Below, one piece after another: positions 29,014 to 38,916 of a DNA stretch of 64,000 nt. The notes beneath the pieces are model-generated. The model had not been told where the DNA came from and made no database searches. It saw nothing but the letters and a program-made list of their open reading frames with translations. The DNA is from Acidobacteriota bacterium (GTDB taxonomy: Bacteria > Acidobacteriota > UBA890 > WLXD01). A program made the translations under genes and the position numbers. Each line of letters begins with the position of its first letter. The stretch's first letter is position 1. The stretch is from assembly GCA_965248695.1 (NCBI GenBank), contig CBDFKD010000002.1, positions 4,864,001-4,928,000 on the forward strand, written 5' to 3'.

Positions 29014-29715
29014 GTGAGCGGCCTGCGCACGATCGGCGTGCTGGGCGGTATGGGGCCTGCCGCCACAGCGTACTTCTTCCAACAGCTTGTTGACCGGGTC
29101 GGTGCCGGGTGCGATCAGGAGCATCCCCCATGTATGGTCTACAACGCAACGCAGGTGCCCGACCGCACCGCGCACCTAACGGGTAGCGGGGAAGATCCGA
29201 CCGCAGCACTACGGCAGGCGACCCAGACCCTCGAGCGCGCCGGCGCCGCCTTCATTGCGGTTCCGTGCAACTCGGCGCACGCTTATCTTCCCGCGATCCA
29301 GGATGCTGTCGACATCGAGGTGTTGGACATGATCGGGCTGACCGCTTCTCGTGCCGCGGCGACGCTACCGTCCGGCGGCTCTGTCGGTGTGCTGGCGGCC
29401 ACCGGGACAATCGAGTTGGGCTTGTACGATCGCGCCCTGCAAGCGCACGGTGTGAGCGCTGTGCGACCGCAGCCGCATACTCAGGTCGGTGTCATGGCAG
29501 CGATCCGCGCCGTCAAGAGCGGTGGGTCCGAGGCGCGGCAAAAGCTCGATCCGGCGATCGATGAGCTCGTCGGCAGCGGCGCCGAGCTCCTGGTTCTCGG
29601 GTGTACCGAACTACCCCTGGTGGATCTCGGGCAGCTGCAAGTGTCGGTGCTCGACGCCACCGAGGTTCTCCTGCTGGAGTCGCTGCGGCGTGCCGGCGTG
29701 ACGCTGCGAAGCTGA
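29014..29715 (+). CDS. aspartate/glutamate racemase family protein
   Basis: IGVLGGMGPAAT; catalytic Cys pair in PCNSAH and GCTEL. Confidence 0.9.
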   Translation: MSGLRTIGVLGGMGPAATAYFFQQLVDRVGAGCDQEHPPCMVYNATQVPDRTAHLTGSGEDPTAALRQATQTLERAGAAFIAVPCNSAHAYLPAIQDAVDIEVLDMIGLTASRAAATLPSGGSVGVLAATGTIELGLYDRALQAHGVSAVRPQPHTQVGVMAAIRAVKSGGSEARQKLDPAIDELVGSGAELLVLGCTELPLVDLGQLQVSVLDATEVLLLESLRRAGVTLRS

Positions 29716-29719
29716 GCCG

Positions 29720-30829
29720 ATGAGCGAGGCCCGCCGCGTCAGCGTTGAGCTCGATGGCGATCGTGCCTACGAAGTTGCCGTGGGCAGCGGATTGACCTCC
29801 ACTGCCGGCCAGCTTCTGCAAGCGACGGTCGAGCCTGGCGCCCTCGCGGTGGTGGTTGTCGACCAGGCGGTCGCAACCCTTCACGGCGATCGAATGCGGG
29901 CGGCGCTGACGGCAGCGCAGGTGCACTTCGTCGAGCTAGCGGTGCCGAGCGGTGAGAGCTCGAAGACACGTGAGGTAGCAGCGGCGTTGCAAGACGACGC
30001 CATCGACGCGGGCGCCGACCGGCGATCTGCAGTCCTGGCGTTCGGCGGCGGTGTCGTCGGTGATCTCGCCGGCTACGTTGCCGCGACGCTGTATCGGGGC
30101 ATCGCCTACGTTCAGGTGCCGACCACGCTCTTGGCCATGGTGGACAGCTCCGTCGGCGGTAAGACCGGCGTCGATACGGCGGCGGGCAAGAACCTGATCG
30201 GAGCATTCTGGCAGCCGCGCGCGGTGCTCGCCGACATCGACTTGTTACAGACTTTGCCGGACGTCGAGGTGCAAGCTGGTCTTGCCGAGGTGATCAAGTA
30301 CGGCGTGATCCTGGATGAACAGTTGTTCGTGGATCTCGAGGACGGGCTGTTGGAATCCTGCCTCGCGAAGGTTCCGGAAGCGCTGACGCTGGTTGTCGAG
30401 CGCTGTGTGCGCCTCAAGGCTGAGGTCGTAGTTGCAGATGAGAGGGAGGGCAACCGTCGTCAGATCCTGAACTTCGGTCACACCGTGGCGCACGGCGTGG
30501 AGTCGTCGCTGGATTACTCGCTGCGGCACGGTGAGGCCGTGGCCATCGGCATGGTGGCGGAAGCGAGGCTGGCAGAGAAGTTGCTCGGAGCCGCGGCCGG
30601 TCTTTCGGAGCGCATCGCTTCGCTGTGCGCGCGCACCCGGTTGCCCGTCGCGCTGCCGGCGGGGTGCTCGCCGGCAGATGTGCTCGCCGGGGCTCGCCAC
30701 GACAAGAAGTCCAGGGACGGCGTGCTCTACTGTGCGCTTGCCGAGGACATCGGGCGCATGGCTGAGCGCGATGGGCTCTGGGCCGTCGAGGTCAGCGATC
30801 GCGCCCTGCTCGACGCGCTGATTGGCTAG
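29720..30829 (+). CDS. aroB: 3-dehydroquinate synthase
   Basis: GGGVVGD, PTTLLAMVDSSVGGKTG, LNFGHT..H, HGEAV. Confidence 0.96.
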   Translation: MSEARRVSVELDGDRAYEVAVGSGLTSTAGQLLQATVEPGALAVVVVDQAVATLHGDRMRAALTAAQVHFVELAVPSGESSKTREVAAALQDDAIDAGADRRSAVLAFGGGVVGDLAGYVAATLYRGIAYVQVPTTLLAMVDSSVGGKTGVDTAAGKNLIGAFWQPRAVLADIDLLQTLPDVEVQAGLAEVIKYGVILDEQLFVDLEDGLLESCLAKVPEALTLVVERCVRLKAEVVVADEREGNRRQILNFGHTVAHGVESSLDYSLRHGEAVAIGMVAEARLAEKLLGAAAGLSERIASLCARTRLPVALPAGCSPADVLAGARHDKKSRDGVLYCALAEDIGRMAERDGLWAVEVSDRALLDALIG

Positions 30830-30842
30830 AGCTATGTAGTAG

Positions 30843-31841
30843 CTACGGCTCTGTGGCCGAGGCGCGCGGCGGTCCGCCGGTCGGCAGCGCGCTGGCGTTG
30901 CGTAGTTGCTCGCGGAACCAGGGCAGAGTCAACTCGAGCCCGGCCTGTAGGTCTATCTCGGGCTCCCACCGGAGCTCACTGGTGGCGCGCGTGACGTCCG
31001 GTCGGCGCACCTTGGGATCGTCGATCGGCAGCTCGTCGAAGATGATGCGGCTGTCGGTGCCGCTCATCGCGATCACCAGCTCGGCGATCTCCAGAATCGT
31101 CACCTCGTTTGGGTTGCCGATATTCACTGGCGTGCTGATGTCGGAGCGCAGCAAGGTCAGCAAGCCGCGAACGGTGTCGTCGACGAAGCAGAAGGATCGC
31201 GTCTGCGCCCCGTCGCCGTACACGGTGAGGTCCTCCCCGGTAAGGGCCTGCATGATGAAGTTGGGCACGGCGCGACCATCGTCGACCCGCATCCTCGGGC
31301 CGTAAGTGTTGAAGATACGGGCGATGCGGGTATCGACTCCGTGGCTACGGTGGTAGGCCATCGTCATGGCCTCGGCGAATCGTTTGGCCTCGTCGTAGAC
31401 ACCCCGTGGCCCGATGGGATTTACATGTCCCCAGTAGGTTTCCGGCTGCGGGTTCACCTGCGGATCGCCGTAAACCTCAGACGTGGAGGCCAGCATGAAG
31501 CGAGCGCCTTTGTTGCGTGCCACGCCGAGGGCCTTGTGAGTTCCCAGCGCTCCGACCTTGAGGGTGTGGATCGGGTACTTGAGGTAGTCGGCCGGCGAGG
31601 CTGGCGAGGCGAAGTGCAGTACGTAGTCGAGCGGCTCATCGACGAAGACGTAGTTGGTGACGTCGTGCTCGATGAACAGGAAGTCGCGATTCGCGAAACG
31701 TGCCACGTTCGACGCCGAGCCGGTCAGCAGATTGTCCATGACGATCACACGGCAGCCTTCGTCCAGGAGGCTGGAGGCAAGGTGTGAGCCGATGAAACCG
31801 GCGCCGCCGGTAATCAATACGCTCTTCGCGCGATCAGTCAT
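30843..31841 (-). CDS. UDP-glucuronic acid decarboxylase family (NAD-dependent epimerase/dehydratase)
   Basis: [41 protein letters not shown]. Confidence 0.93.
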   Translation of the reverse strand: MTDRAKSVLITGGAGFIGSHLASSLLDEGCRVIVMDNLLTGSASNVARFANRDFLFIEHDVTNYVFVDEPLDYVLHFASPASPADYLKYPIHTLKVGALGTHKALGVARNKGARFMLASTSEVYGDPQVNPQPETYWGHVNPIGPRGVYDEAKRFAEAMTMAYHRSHGVDTRIARIFNTYGPRMRVDDGRAVPNFIMQALTGEDLTVYGDGAQTRSFCFVDDTVRGLLTLLRSDISTPVNIGNPNEVTILEIAELVIAMSGTDSRIIFDELPIDDPKVRRPDVTRATSELRWEPEIDLQAGLELTLPWFREQLRNASALPTGGPPRASATEP

Positions 31842-31894
31842 CTAGTGTCCGGTAGGAGAGGTTCGTCGCACGTCGCCGGGTTGCAGGCCACTAG
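31842..31894. repeat. 53-bp CTAG-bounded remnant resembling the outer element ends
   Basis: CTAGTGTCCGGTAG...TTGCAGGCCACTAG; right end matches TTACAGGCCACTAG 13/14 and its CTAG holds the stop codon of the upstream gene. Confidence 0.55.
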
Positions 31895-33357
31895 TACGCG
31901 TGCTCGTGCGCCATGCCGTTGGCAACGGTCATCCACAGGATCTTGAGATCCAGCGACAGCGACCAATTCTCGATGTAGTACAGATCGTATTCGATGCGTT
32001 TCTCGAGCGACGTGCTTCCACGCCAGCCATGCACCTGTGCCCAGCCGGTCAGGCCGGCACGCACCCGGTGCCGGAGCATGTAGTGCGGAATTCGATGCCT
32101 GAACTCGTCGACGAAGTAGGGGCGTTCCGGGCGCGGTCCGACGAGGCTCATGTCGCCACGAAGGATGTTCCAGAACTGGGGAAGCTCGTCGAGGCTCAGC
32201 TTGCGCAGAAGGGCTCCGATCGGCGTGCAGCGCACATCCTGCTGGTGGGCCCACACCGGGCCGGTTTCCTTCTCGGCATCGACGACCATGGAACGGAACT
32301 TGAGAATCTCGAAAGCCCGCCCGTCGAGACCCATGCGCTGCTGCCGAAACAGGATGGGGCCGGGTGAGGTGAACTTGACGGCCAGCGCGATGAGCGGGAA
32401 CAGCGGTGCGAAGAGCGCCAGACAGGCCGCCGCCACGAAGATGTCGGCAGTCCGCTTCAAGACCGCAGCGAAACCCTCCATGTGAATACGCGAGAGGTTG
32501 ATGATCGGAACCCCGTCAAGGTCTTCGAGCCCGGCACCGAGGGTCAGGTATTGCAGCAGATCCGGTACGATCTTCACCTCGACGATCTCGTTGGCGACGC
32601 TGCGCCATACGTCCAGGATGCGCTCGTGTGAGGAGGTGGGCAGCGCGACGTAGAGCTGGTGCACGATCTGGTTCTGGACGACGTTGAGCGTGTCGCCGAG
32701 ATCACCGACGACGGGGACGCTCCGATAGTCCTCGGCCTCGGGATCATCGGTGACCATGCCGATAACCTGGAAGCCGAACTCCTCATGAAGTCGCACGCGG
32801 TCGATGACACTGTGGGCGAGTTCTCCGCTGCCGGCAATGAGGATGCGGCGCAGGTTGTGTCCCGACCGCCGCATATGATCCACCCAGGCCTGCAGGGTTA
32901 CTCGAGCGCCGACGGTCAACGCCATCACGGCGCCCGAGAAGATGAGCAGGAACAGGCGGGACACGTTCCACTCCTGCACTCGCATCAAGGCGGTGTCGGT
33001 TCCGACGACCACCGGGACCCACTGGGTGGGCCGATAGAACAGTGACACGAAAGCGGCGACCAGGATCATTCCGAACATCACCGCCCCAGCGGTGCGGAAG
33101 TAGGTCTCGGTGCGTGAATCGGCGCGTCGAATGCGATAGAGAGCTGCCGACGACAGCGAAAGCGGCAGGATGATCAAAGCGGCGACGAGCACGCGGAGAT
33201 AGCTAGCCAGCGTCGGGATATCGCCCGGCAGATCGCTCGCCGGAACGATCTGGAAGTCGAACCGCAGCCAGTACGCGAGCAGGAACGCACCGCCGATCGA
33301 CACGGTATCCGCCACCAGCAGGAGGATCGCAATCTTCAGGCGGTGTCGGTGGATCAA
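31891..33357 (-). CDS. undecaprenyl-phosphate glucose phosphotransferase (WcaJ-like priming glycosyltransferase)
   Basis: KRTADI, KFRSM, SLDELPQ, MSLVGPRPERP, GLTGWAQV, DLYYIENWS. Confidence 0.93.
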   Translation of the reverse strand: MIHRHRLKIAILLLVADTVSIGGAFLLAYWLRFDFQIVPASDLPGDIPTLASYLRVLVAALIILPLSLSSAALYRIRRADSRTETYFRTAGAVMFGMILVAAFVSLFYRPTQWVPVVVGTDTALMRVQEWNVSRLFLLIFSGAVMALTVGARVTLQAWVDHMRRSGHNLRRILIAGSGELAHSVIDRVRLHEEFGFQVIGMVTDDPEAEDYRSVPVVGDLGDTLNVVQNQIVHQLYVALPTSSHERILDVWRSVANEIVEVKIVPDLLQYLTLGAGLEDLDGVPIINLSRIHMEGFAAVLKRTADIFVAAACLALFAPLFPLIALAVKFTSPGPILFRQQRMGLDGRAFEILKFRSMVVDAEKETGPVWAHQQDVRCTPIGALLRKLSLDELPQFWNILRGDMSLVGPRPERPYFVDEFRHRIPHYMLRHRVRAGLTGWAQVHGWRGSTSLEKRIEYDLYYIENWSLSLDLKILWMTVANGMAHEHAY

Positions 33358-33385
33358 CGACTTCGCTCCCCGTGGGGTCGGAGAA

Positions 33386-34504
33386 TCACGAGATGTCCGA
33401 GGCGGAGGCGAACCGCGTACGGTCGACGGTGCGCTCGAGAAACCCGGTCATCCGACGGTCGAACACGTCGATGGCATATCCCTCCGCGTGAGCTCGGATG
33501 ACCTCTGTATTGAAGGTGAGCCCCTCGCACCTGTCAACAACCTCTACGAGCGCTTCTGGGGTGCATTGTGGGATGTGCAGGCCGGTAATGCCCGGCACAA
33601 CCGCCTCCAGGGCACCGCCGTCGGCCAGCACGAGCGCCGGGCGACCGCATGCCATTGCCTCCAGCGGTGCGATTCCCGCATCCTCGATTCCCGGGAGCAC
33701 GAATGCTCGGCACCGTTGATACAGGTCCACCAGCTCTGCGTCGGTGACTCGCCCGGTGAGACGCACGGTCGAACCGGCGAGCTGGCGAAGTCTGTCGGCC
33801 TCGGGGCCGGCTCCGACGATGACGAGACTCCGACGCATGCGGTTGAACGCCTCGATCGCTACCTCCACCTGCTTGTATGGGCTCAACGCGGTGACCATGA
33901 GGTAGAAGTCGTCCGGCTGGGCGCCGGACGGCGTGAAGCGGTCGGTGTCGACCGGCGGCGGGATGACCTCTGAATCGCGCCCGTAATAGCGGTGGATGCG
34001 GCCGGCCACGTAGCGCGAGTTGGCCACGAAGGAGTCGACGCGAGGCGCAGTTCTGCGATCCCAGCGGCGCAGGCCGGCCATTGTCGGCCGGATGAGCGCG
34101 TGCCGCGCTCGGCCAACGCGCTCGGTCGAGAAGTACGCATCGAATTGATCCCAGGCGTAGCGCATCGGCGTGTGGCAGTAGCAGACGTGATGGGCCTCGG
34201 GTCTACCGATGGCCGCCTTGGCGGCACAGTGGCTACTCGACAAGACGAGATCGAATTCCGTCAGGTCGAGCGTCCGCATCGCCAGCGGGTAGAGCGGCAG
34301 ATACCACCGATACGAAGGCCGCCGACCGAGTCTCTGAAGAAAAGAGGTACGGATCGGATGCTCCTCGATCTCCGAGCTGACGCTGCCAGGATGATGAAAC
34401 AGCGTGTAGATGGGTGCGTCGGGAAACAGTGCGGCAAGGCGCTCGAGCACCTTCTCGCCGCCTCGCATGCCGGTGAGCCAGTCGTGTACGAGCGCTGTTT
34501 TCAT
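33386..34504 (-). CDS. glycosyltransferase family 4
   Basis: VHDWLTGMRGGEKVL, CHTPMRYAWD, EDAGIAPLEAMACG. Confidence 0.9.
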   Translation of the reverse strand: MKTALVHDWLTGMRGGEKVLERLAALFPDAPIYTLFHHPGSVSSEIEEHPIRTSFLQRLGRRPSYRWYLPLYPLAMRTLDLTEFDLVLSSSHCAAKAAIGRPEAHHVCYCHTPMRYAWDQFDAYFSTERVGRARHALIRPTMAGLRRWDRRTAPRVDSFVANSRYVAGRIHRYYGRDSEVIPPPVDTDRFTPSGAQPDDFYLMVTALSPYKQVEVAIEAFNRMRRSLVIVGAGPEADRLRQLAGSTVRLTGRVTDAELVDLYQRCRAFVLPGIEDAGIAPLEAMACGRPALVLADGGALEAVVPGITGLHIPQCTPEALVEVVDRCEGLTFNTEVIRAHAEGYAIDVFDRRMTGFLERTVDRTRFASASDIS

Positions 34505-35628
34505 TGCCCACCACCGGCGGCCTCGGAGTAGATCATGAGGGTGGCCTCAGCGGCGCGATCCCATGGCAGCTGTGCGGCCCGGTCGCGGCCGCGTTGCCTG
34601 AGCTCGTCGGCGAGGTTGCCATCGTCGAGGACTCGAACCACGCCGGCCGTGATCGAGTCGGTCTCGACTGGGTTCACCAGTACCGCGGCGTCGCCGACGA
34701 GCTCTGCCAGCCCACCGGCCGAGGCCGCGACTACCGGGGCTCCGGCCGCCATCGCTTCGAGGGCCGGGAGGCCGAACCCTTCCCAGAGCGACGGCAACAC
34801 GAGCGCCGCGGCGCGCTGGTACAACAGGCGCAAGGCCACGTCGCTCACCGAGCCGAGGGCGAGACAGCGCTCGGGGCTGATCCGGGGGCGTGTCAGCGTA
34901 TCGATCTGGCCGGGACGGGCACCGACAAGCAACAGGTGAAGCCCCTCGCGCGCCTGAGCTAGGCGCTCGAAGGCGCACACCAAACGTTCCAGGTTCTTGT
35001 GCGGTTTCGGGTTGCCAACCCACAGCAGGTAGTGATCCGGTAACCCGAGCTGCCGGGAGATCGAAACGGCCTGCTCTGGCGAGGTTGGCTGGTGCCAGAA
35101 ATCGTCGATTCCGTTCAGCACCACGGAGATGCGCTCGCTCGGAGCTGAGAGGATCTCGACGAGGTCCTGACGCGTGGACTCCGACACGGCGATGATGTGT
35201 GAAGCGGCGTTCACTGCATGCCCCATCATCGTTCGTGCGTAAGCGTAGCTGAGGGTGCGCGGCAGGAAGCCGAGCGGGCGCGGTAGATGGCCGCGAAAAC
35301 GCAGATGAATACAATCGTGCACGGTCGCTACCACCGGGCACCGCAGCCGTGGTGGGACGACATAGTGCGGCGCGTGGAACACGTCCGCCCGCGCCCGCCG
35401 CACCTCGCGCGGTAGGCTGATTAGCTCCGCGAGACCGTATTTGCCCGACGAGTTGGCGATCCAGGTGATATTGGAATGGTCGTCGAGGCGGCCGCTCGTT
35501 TTCGGATCGCCGATGAGCACGAAGCGCCACTGCGGTCGTGCACGGGCGCAAGCCGCGACCAGGCCTCGAAGATACGAGCCGATCCCGTAATCGTTGATCT
35601 TGCGGGCGTCGATTGCGATGCGCATCAA
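34501..35628 (-). CDS. glycosyltransferase family 4
   Basis: IAIDAR, TVHD, PHKNL, EGFGLPALEAMAAG. Confidence 0.9.
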   Translation of the reverse strand: MMRIAIDARKINDYGIGSYLRGLVAACARARPQWRFVLIGDPKTSGRLDDHSNITWIANSSGKYGLAELISLPREVRRARADVFHAPHYVVPPRLRCPVVATVHDCIHLRFRGHLPRPLGFLPRTLSYAYARTMMGHAVNAASHIIAVSESTRQDLVEILSAPSERISVVLNGIDDFWHQPTSPEQAVSISRQLGLPDHYLLWVGNPKPHKNLERLVCAFERLAQAREGLHLLLVGARPGQIDTLTRPRISPERCLALGSVSDVALRLLYQRAAALVLPSLWEGFGLPALEAMAAGAPVVAASAGGLAELVGDAAVLVNPVETDSITAGVVRVLDDGNLADELRQRGRDRAAQLPWDRAAEATLMIYSEAAGGGQ

Positions 35629-36542
35629 CCGTCGCCCGAGTCGTCGAAGAGTGCGGTCGCCGGCGTCCGACGCAACGAGGCGGCAATTTCGCGCCCGCGG
35701 GCGCGATGTGGCGCGTCACCGAACAGTGACATGAGCGCGTACCGCAGGCGCAGATAGGTGCGCAGGCAGCCCAGCGCGACGCGCGAGCGATGCTTGCCGT
35801 AGAAGGCGATCTGACTGGTGCGATACCAGCGTTCGGTCAGCGGCTCGAGGGTGGCCGAGGCGCCGCGAGTGTGGCGTACGCGCGCCCCGGGGACGTAGCG
35901 CAAACGCCACCCGGCGCTCACCAGCCTGCGGCACAGGTCGACGTCCTCGGCGTACAGAAAGAAGCGTTCGTCGAATCCGCCGACGGCGTCGAATGCCTCA
36001 CGGCGAAGAAGCAGACACGCGGCGCTCAGCGAGGGGGTCACGCGGGGACGCGCGTAGCGCCGCGAAACGAAACGGTGCAGCAGCGGAACGCCGGCCTCGT
36101 AAGCACTACCGAGCGTCTTGAACCACGTTTCGTTGAGCAGGCTCAGCGTGCGCCCAACGGTGAGCTCCGTACGGCCGCGCTCGTCGGTGATGTGGGGTCC
36201 AGCGGCGCCCGCCTCGGGGTCGGCATCCAGTGTTGCGGCCAGAGTGGTATAAGCGCCCGTGCACAGCTCGGCGTCGCTGTTGACCAGCAGCAGATGCGGC
36301 GCCCGGCCGCGGGCGGCGGCGCGGTTGATCGCCGTTCCGAAACCCAGGTTGTTGGAGTTGCGGATGAGGGAGGCCTCAGGAAACCGCTCGCCTATCATCT
36401 CGGCGCTGCCGTCGGTCGAGGCGTTGTCGATCACAATCAGGTGAGCCCGCGTGCCCAGTGCGGCGACGCTCTCACAGCACCGCCCCAGCAGCTCCCGGCG
36501 GTTGAAGCTCACGACTACGACGTCAACCTGCACGTCGTTCAT
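35625..36542 (-). CDS. glycosyltransferase family 2
   Basis: IDNASTDGS, NLGFG, LVNSD, GGFDERFFLYAEDVD. Confidence 0.9.
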   Translation of the reverse strand: MNDVQVDVVVVSFNRRELLGRCCESVAALGTRAHLIVIDNASTDGSAEMIGERFPEASLIRNSNNLGFGTAINRAAARGRAPHLLLVNSDAELCTGAYTTLAATLDADPEAGAAGPHITDERGRTELTVGRTLSLLNETWFKTLGSAYEAGVPLLHRFVSRRYARPRVTPSLSAACLLLRREAFDAVGGFDERFFLYAEDVDLCRRLVSAGWRLRYVPGARVRHTRGASATLEPLTERWYRTSQIAFYGKHRSRVALGCLRTYLRLRYALMSLFGDAPHRARGREIAASLRRTPATALFDDSGDG

Positions 36543-37618
36543 GATCGGTCTCCTACAACCGTCGAGATCTCTCTACGTAGCCGTGAAGCGCTCGGCCCCC
36601 AGGCCTGCGCGCGGGCCCATTCGGTCCCGGCGTCGATGGCACGTTGACGCGCCGCGCCGTCGTCGAGCAGCTTCGACAGCGTTGCCTTCCATTGCGCCTC
36701 GTCGCCGTGTGCCACCAGCTGGGCGCGCCCGGCGTAGACCTCGGCCAGCGCCGTGGAGTTGGACGTGACCGCCGGCGTACCGCATGCCAGGGCCTCCAGG
36801 ACCGAAAGTCCGAAGCCCTCGTACGCCGACGGGTACGCCACCACCGTGGCAGCGGCGTACAGCGGCGCCAAATCCTCCTCTGGAACGTATCCGATGTGTC
36901 TGAGCGGTGCCTCGCTGCTCGCGCCGCTCGGTTGGGTACCCGCCATCAGCAGCTCGACGTCTGGGCGCGGTTCGGCGATCTCGGCCACCCACCGGCGAAG
37001 ATCGGCAAGGCCGCGCCGTTGCAGCCCCGAGCCGACGAACAGGACCGTGCGTCCGCGCATGGTGTAGCGTTGTCGTACGGCTTCGATGCGCTCGTCCGGG
37101 ACGGTGCCGAAGCCGCGACCCAGGCCCCACGGGATGACCAGCAACCGCGCATCGTCGATTGCCAGATGTCGACGCGCCTCACCGGCAGCGAACCGTGACC
37201 CCATGAACAGGAACGCGGCGCGCCGTGCCGCGATGCGTGCGCCGAGACGCCGGCGCCAGCGTTCGCGCCAACGGAACTCTCTCGGTAGCGCGAACGGCGC
37301 ACAGTCGTGCATGCAAACGGCGGTGGGGCAGGGCGCACGCAGCGGCATGCTGTAGTTGGGAGCCAGCAGCGCGTCGGCGCCGCTCTCTCGAAGCAATGCC
37401 GGTAACCGCAGCTGCTCCCATGCGAAGCCCGGCAGCCTCGGGGAATCGGAATCCACGATCCTGCTCCAATCGTGCCGCTGCAGCCTGTCGGTTAGCGGTG
37501 TCCGCGTGATCAGGCACACCTCGTCGCCCTCCGGCCACGCCTCCAGAAGTCCTTGCATCACGCGGCCCACACCGGTCGGTCTGCCGACCATCTCACGCGC
37601 GTCGACGGCGATTCTCAT
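36539..37618 (-). CDS. glycosyltransferase family 4
   Basis: IAVDAR..TGVGR, YEGFGLSVLEALACG. Confidence 0.88.
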   Translation of the reverse strand: MRIAVDAREMVGRPTGVGRVMQGLLEAWPEGDEVCLITRTPLTDRLQRHDWSRIVDSDSPRLPGFAWEQLRLPALLRESGADALLAPNYSMPLRAPCPTAVCMHDCAPFALPREFRWRERWRRRLGARIAARRAAFLFMGSRFAAGEARRHLAIDDARLLVIPWGLGRGFGTVPDERIEAVRQRYTMRGRTVLFVGSGLQRRGLADLRRWVAEIAEPRPDVELLMAGTQPSGASSEAPLRHIGYVPEEDLAPLYAAATVVAYPSAYEGFGLSVLEALACGTPAVTSNSTALAEVYAGRAQLVAHGDEAQWKATLSKLLDDGAARQRAIDAGTEWARAQAWGPSASRLRREISTVVGDRS

Positions 37619-38724
37619 GCCAGCAGCTGATCGTAGACGGCACCGGTGCGCTCGGCGGCCTTCTGCCAGGTGTATCGAGCCGCGCGATCCGTCCCCGCAG
37701 CGATCAGGCTCTCTCGGTAGCTCGTATCACTGAGCACCCGCTCACAGGCGTCCGTCAGGGCCTCGACATCTCCCGCGTCAAACCACGCGGCCGCCTCGCC
37801 CAGAACCTCCGGAAGGGCGCCGGCGCGTGACGCCACGACCGGCGTGCCAGATGCCATCGCCTCGACCGCCGTCAGGCCGAATCCCTCCCAATGCGAAGCC
37901 AGCACCAGGGCTTCGGCGCCGTGATAGAGGCCAGCCAGCTGGTTGCTCGGCAGATGCGGCAGACACCGAGTGCGCTGTCGAGCCCGACGCGGGGCGGCGC
38001 GCCAGGTGTGCTCCCAGCGATGGCCGGCGGGACCGACGAGCAGGAGATCGACTTCAGGGTACCGGGCGGCGACCTCATCGAACCCTCTCAGCAGGGTACC
38101 GAGATCCTTGCGCGGATCGCGGCGGCCGACGAACAACAGATAGGGGCGCTCGATTTCGAATGCCGACTTTGCCGCCTGGCTGCCACCAGCGTTGCCGGGA
38201 CCGTATGCCGCATCAACGCCGTTGTAGGTCACATGGATGCGTTCGGCGGCGACGCCGAAGAGCTCCTGGACCTCCTGCTTGGTGGTTTCGGAAACGGCGA
38301 TGATCGCGTCGGCGCGCTGCAGGGAGTCGGCCACCAATGGCACGTAGTGCCGACGTACGGAGCCCGATACCGCCTCGGGCTGGCGAGCGAAGTAGCAATC
38401 GTGCACGGTCACCAGACGCCGCGCCGTGCGCGTCGGCACCAGCATGGGTGAAGGCGAATGGGCGATGTCCAAGGGCCCGACCCAGCGTTCAACCGGTGGC
38501 CAGCGACGACGATGCCACAGCCAGTCGATCGCCCGTACGGGCAGGCGCACATCACGTACCCGAGTATTCGGAATGGCTGCGAGCCGGTGCTTCCAAGAGG
38601 CGGAGAACGCCGTGAAACGGTCGTCGGGGAAGGCCTGTACGAGAGCGGCCGTGAGACCGCGGACGTACGTGCCGACGCCGGTACTCTCATGGAGCGCCGG
38701 GCGATAGTCGATACAGACGTGCAT
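37615..38724 (-). CDS. glycosyltransferase family 4
   Basis: MHVCIDYR..TGVG, TVHD, EGFGLTAVEAMASG; start moved to ATG 38724. Confidence 0.88.
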   Translation of the reverse strand: MHVCIDYRPALHESTGVGTYVRGLTAALVQAFPDDRFTAFSASWKHRLAAIPNTRVRDVRLPVRAIDWLWHRRRWPPVERWVGPLDIAHSPSPMLVPTRTARRLVTVHDCYFARQPEAVSGSVRRHYVPLVADSLQRADAIIAVSETTKQEVQELFGVAAERIHVTYNGVDAAYGPGNAGGSQAAKSAFEIERPYLLFVGRRDPRKDLGTLLRGFDEVAARYPEVDLLLVGPAGHRWEHTWRAAPRRARQRTRCLPHLPSNQLAGLYHGAEALVLASHWEGFGLTAVEAMASGTPVVASRAGALPEVLGEAAAWFDAGDVEALTDACERVLSDTSYRESLIAAGTDRAARYTWQKAAERTGAVYDQLLA

Positions 38725-38916
38725 CCGAAAGGCGTGGGATTGCCGCGGCGGAGGCAGGCGCGGCGAAGGTTGGATGGTAGCACGAGCGCTGTCGTTCGCG
38801 GTTCTCGGAGCGGGCCTTGGGCGCCGACGCGCGGAGGCATCGAGTACCCTCTGGGCGATTGAGAGGTTCAGAGCGATGCGCACGAGGCTGCGACGACTGT
38901 TGGGAAGGTCGGGGGG

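Noticed and set aside
26664-29066. Long antisense ORFs (800 aa here; also 2740-4398, 13993-15885, 17467-19071, 54477-56126, 58770-60281, 61984-63909)
   Set aside because: Shadow ORFs of well-supported genes, caused by high GC and codon bias
30830-30844. AGCTA-TGTAG-TAGCT palindrome between convergent aroB and epimerase stops as a terminator
   Set aside because: The 5-bp stem has no U-tract and is too weak to call
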